A stretch of DNA of 24,000 nt from Tepidisphaeraceae bacterium (GTDB taxonomy: Bacteria; Planctomycetota; Phycisphaerae; Tepidisphaerales; Tepidisphaeraceae), in assembly GCA_035695715.1 (NCBI GenBank), contig DASRRM010000034.1:9470-33469 (forward strand), in the 5' to 3' direction. Positions within the stretch are counted from its first letter, which is position 1; each line of letters begins with the position of its first letter. The notes beneath the pieces were generated by a model. It was not told the DNA's origin. It did no database searches and worked only from the letters and a program-made list of their open reading frames with translations. This document shows positions 23,743 through 24,000 of the stretch, one piece after another. The position numbers and the translations under genes were made by a program.

Positions 23743-24000
23743 ATGTCAGACCAGAACCATTGTCCATTCCTGAATCGATCCGACGTCCGCTGCTCGACGA
23801 ATTTCAGCATCGAGCGGCTGAGCAACACCTACGACTATTGCTTCGGCGAATACTCGGCGTGCTCGGTCTACCTCGAGCTGCTCGTCGAACGACGCGTTCG
23901 CAGGCTGCGAGAATCGGTGCTGACGCCCGCTGCCCGCATGGGCGGTCATCCGGCTTTCGTGCAAGTCACCCACGCCGGGCGCCGCATCGCCGCGGCGTGA
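23743..24000 (+). CDS. Small (85 aa) four-cysteine protein, unknown function
   Basis: ATG at 23743 is preceded by GGAAGG. MSDQNHCPFLNRSDVRCSTNFSIERLSNTYDYCFGEYSACSVYLELL has Cys at positions 7, 17, 34 and 41. The TGA stop is at 23998-24000. The upstream part of ORF 23527.. lies in the hairpin element and was discarded. An alternative ATG exists at 23707. Confidence 0.5.
   Translation: MSDQNHCPFLNRSDVRCSTNFSIERLSNTYDYCFGEYSACSVYLELLVERRVRRLRESVLTPAARMGGHPAFVQVTHAGRRIAAA

Noticed and set aside
1-24000. tRNA, rRNA or other known RNA genes in the intergenic regions
   Set aside because: I inspected each intergenic stretch by eye and saw no cloverleaf-like arrangement or conserved RNA motif that I recognise. 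A tRNAscan or Infernal run would be needed to be sure.

Overview
High-GC bacterial chromosomal window; single-line spot counts give about 60% GC in core genes. The gene content points to Planctomycetota. It includes a CxxCH-WD40 protein, a DUF1549/DUF1553 (PSCyt2/PSD1) protein, a Tat-exported DUF1501 protein, a CxxCGYDLRA membrane protein, and dense REP-like palindromes and heptamer repeats. All family calls come from remembered motifs only; no searches were run. Layout: (i) a 5'-truncated PAC2-family gene, a 717-nt repeat-filled spacer and an amidohydrolase gene. (ii) A small membrane protein and a zinc-ribbon-like membrane protein. (iii) A minus-strand array of four exported proteins at 4373-14363 (DUF1501, double-PPC protein, Big_2-DUF1549/1553, CxxCH-WD40-coiled coil), with a different palindromic element in each intergenic gap. 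(iv) A divergent ArsS-type radical SAM gene. (v) A roughly 4-kb, more AT-rich accessory stretch at 15.9-20.0 kb. It carries an RHH-PIN toxin-antitoxin pair, two tandem paralogous lipoproteins, a secreted protein, and an unknown GNAT-like protein overlapping apt by 4 nt. (vi) apt, a 274-aa RpoD-like sigma factor with a clean intrinsic terminator, a PlsC-type acyltransferase, a MarR regulator and a small 4-Cys protein. No rRNA, tRNA, CRISPR array, transposase or integrase was recognised. The items most worth follow-up are the four-gene exported cluster with its twin TGGTCAC-N4-GTGACCA palindromes, the inverted pair of about 113-nt hairpin elements showing compensatory substitutions, and the accessory islet of unknown proteins.
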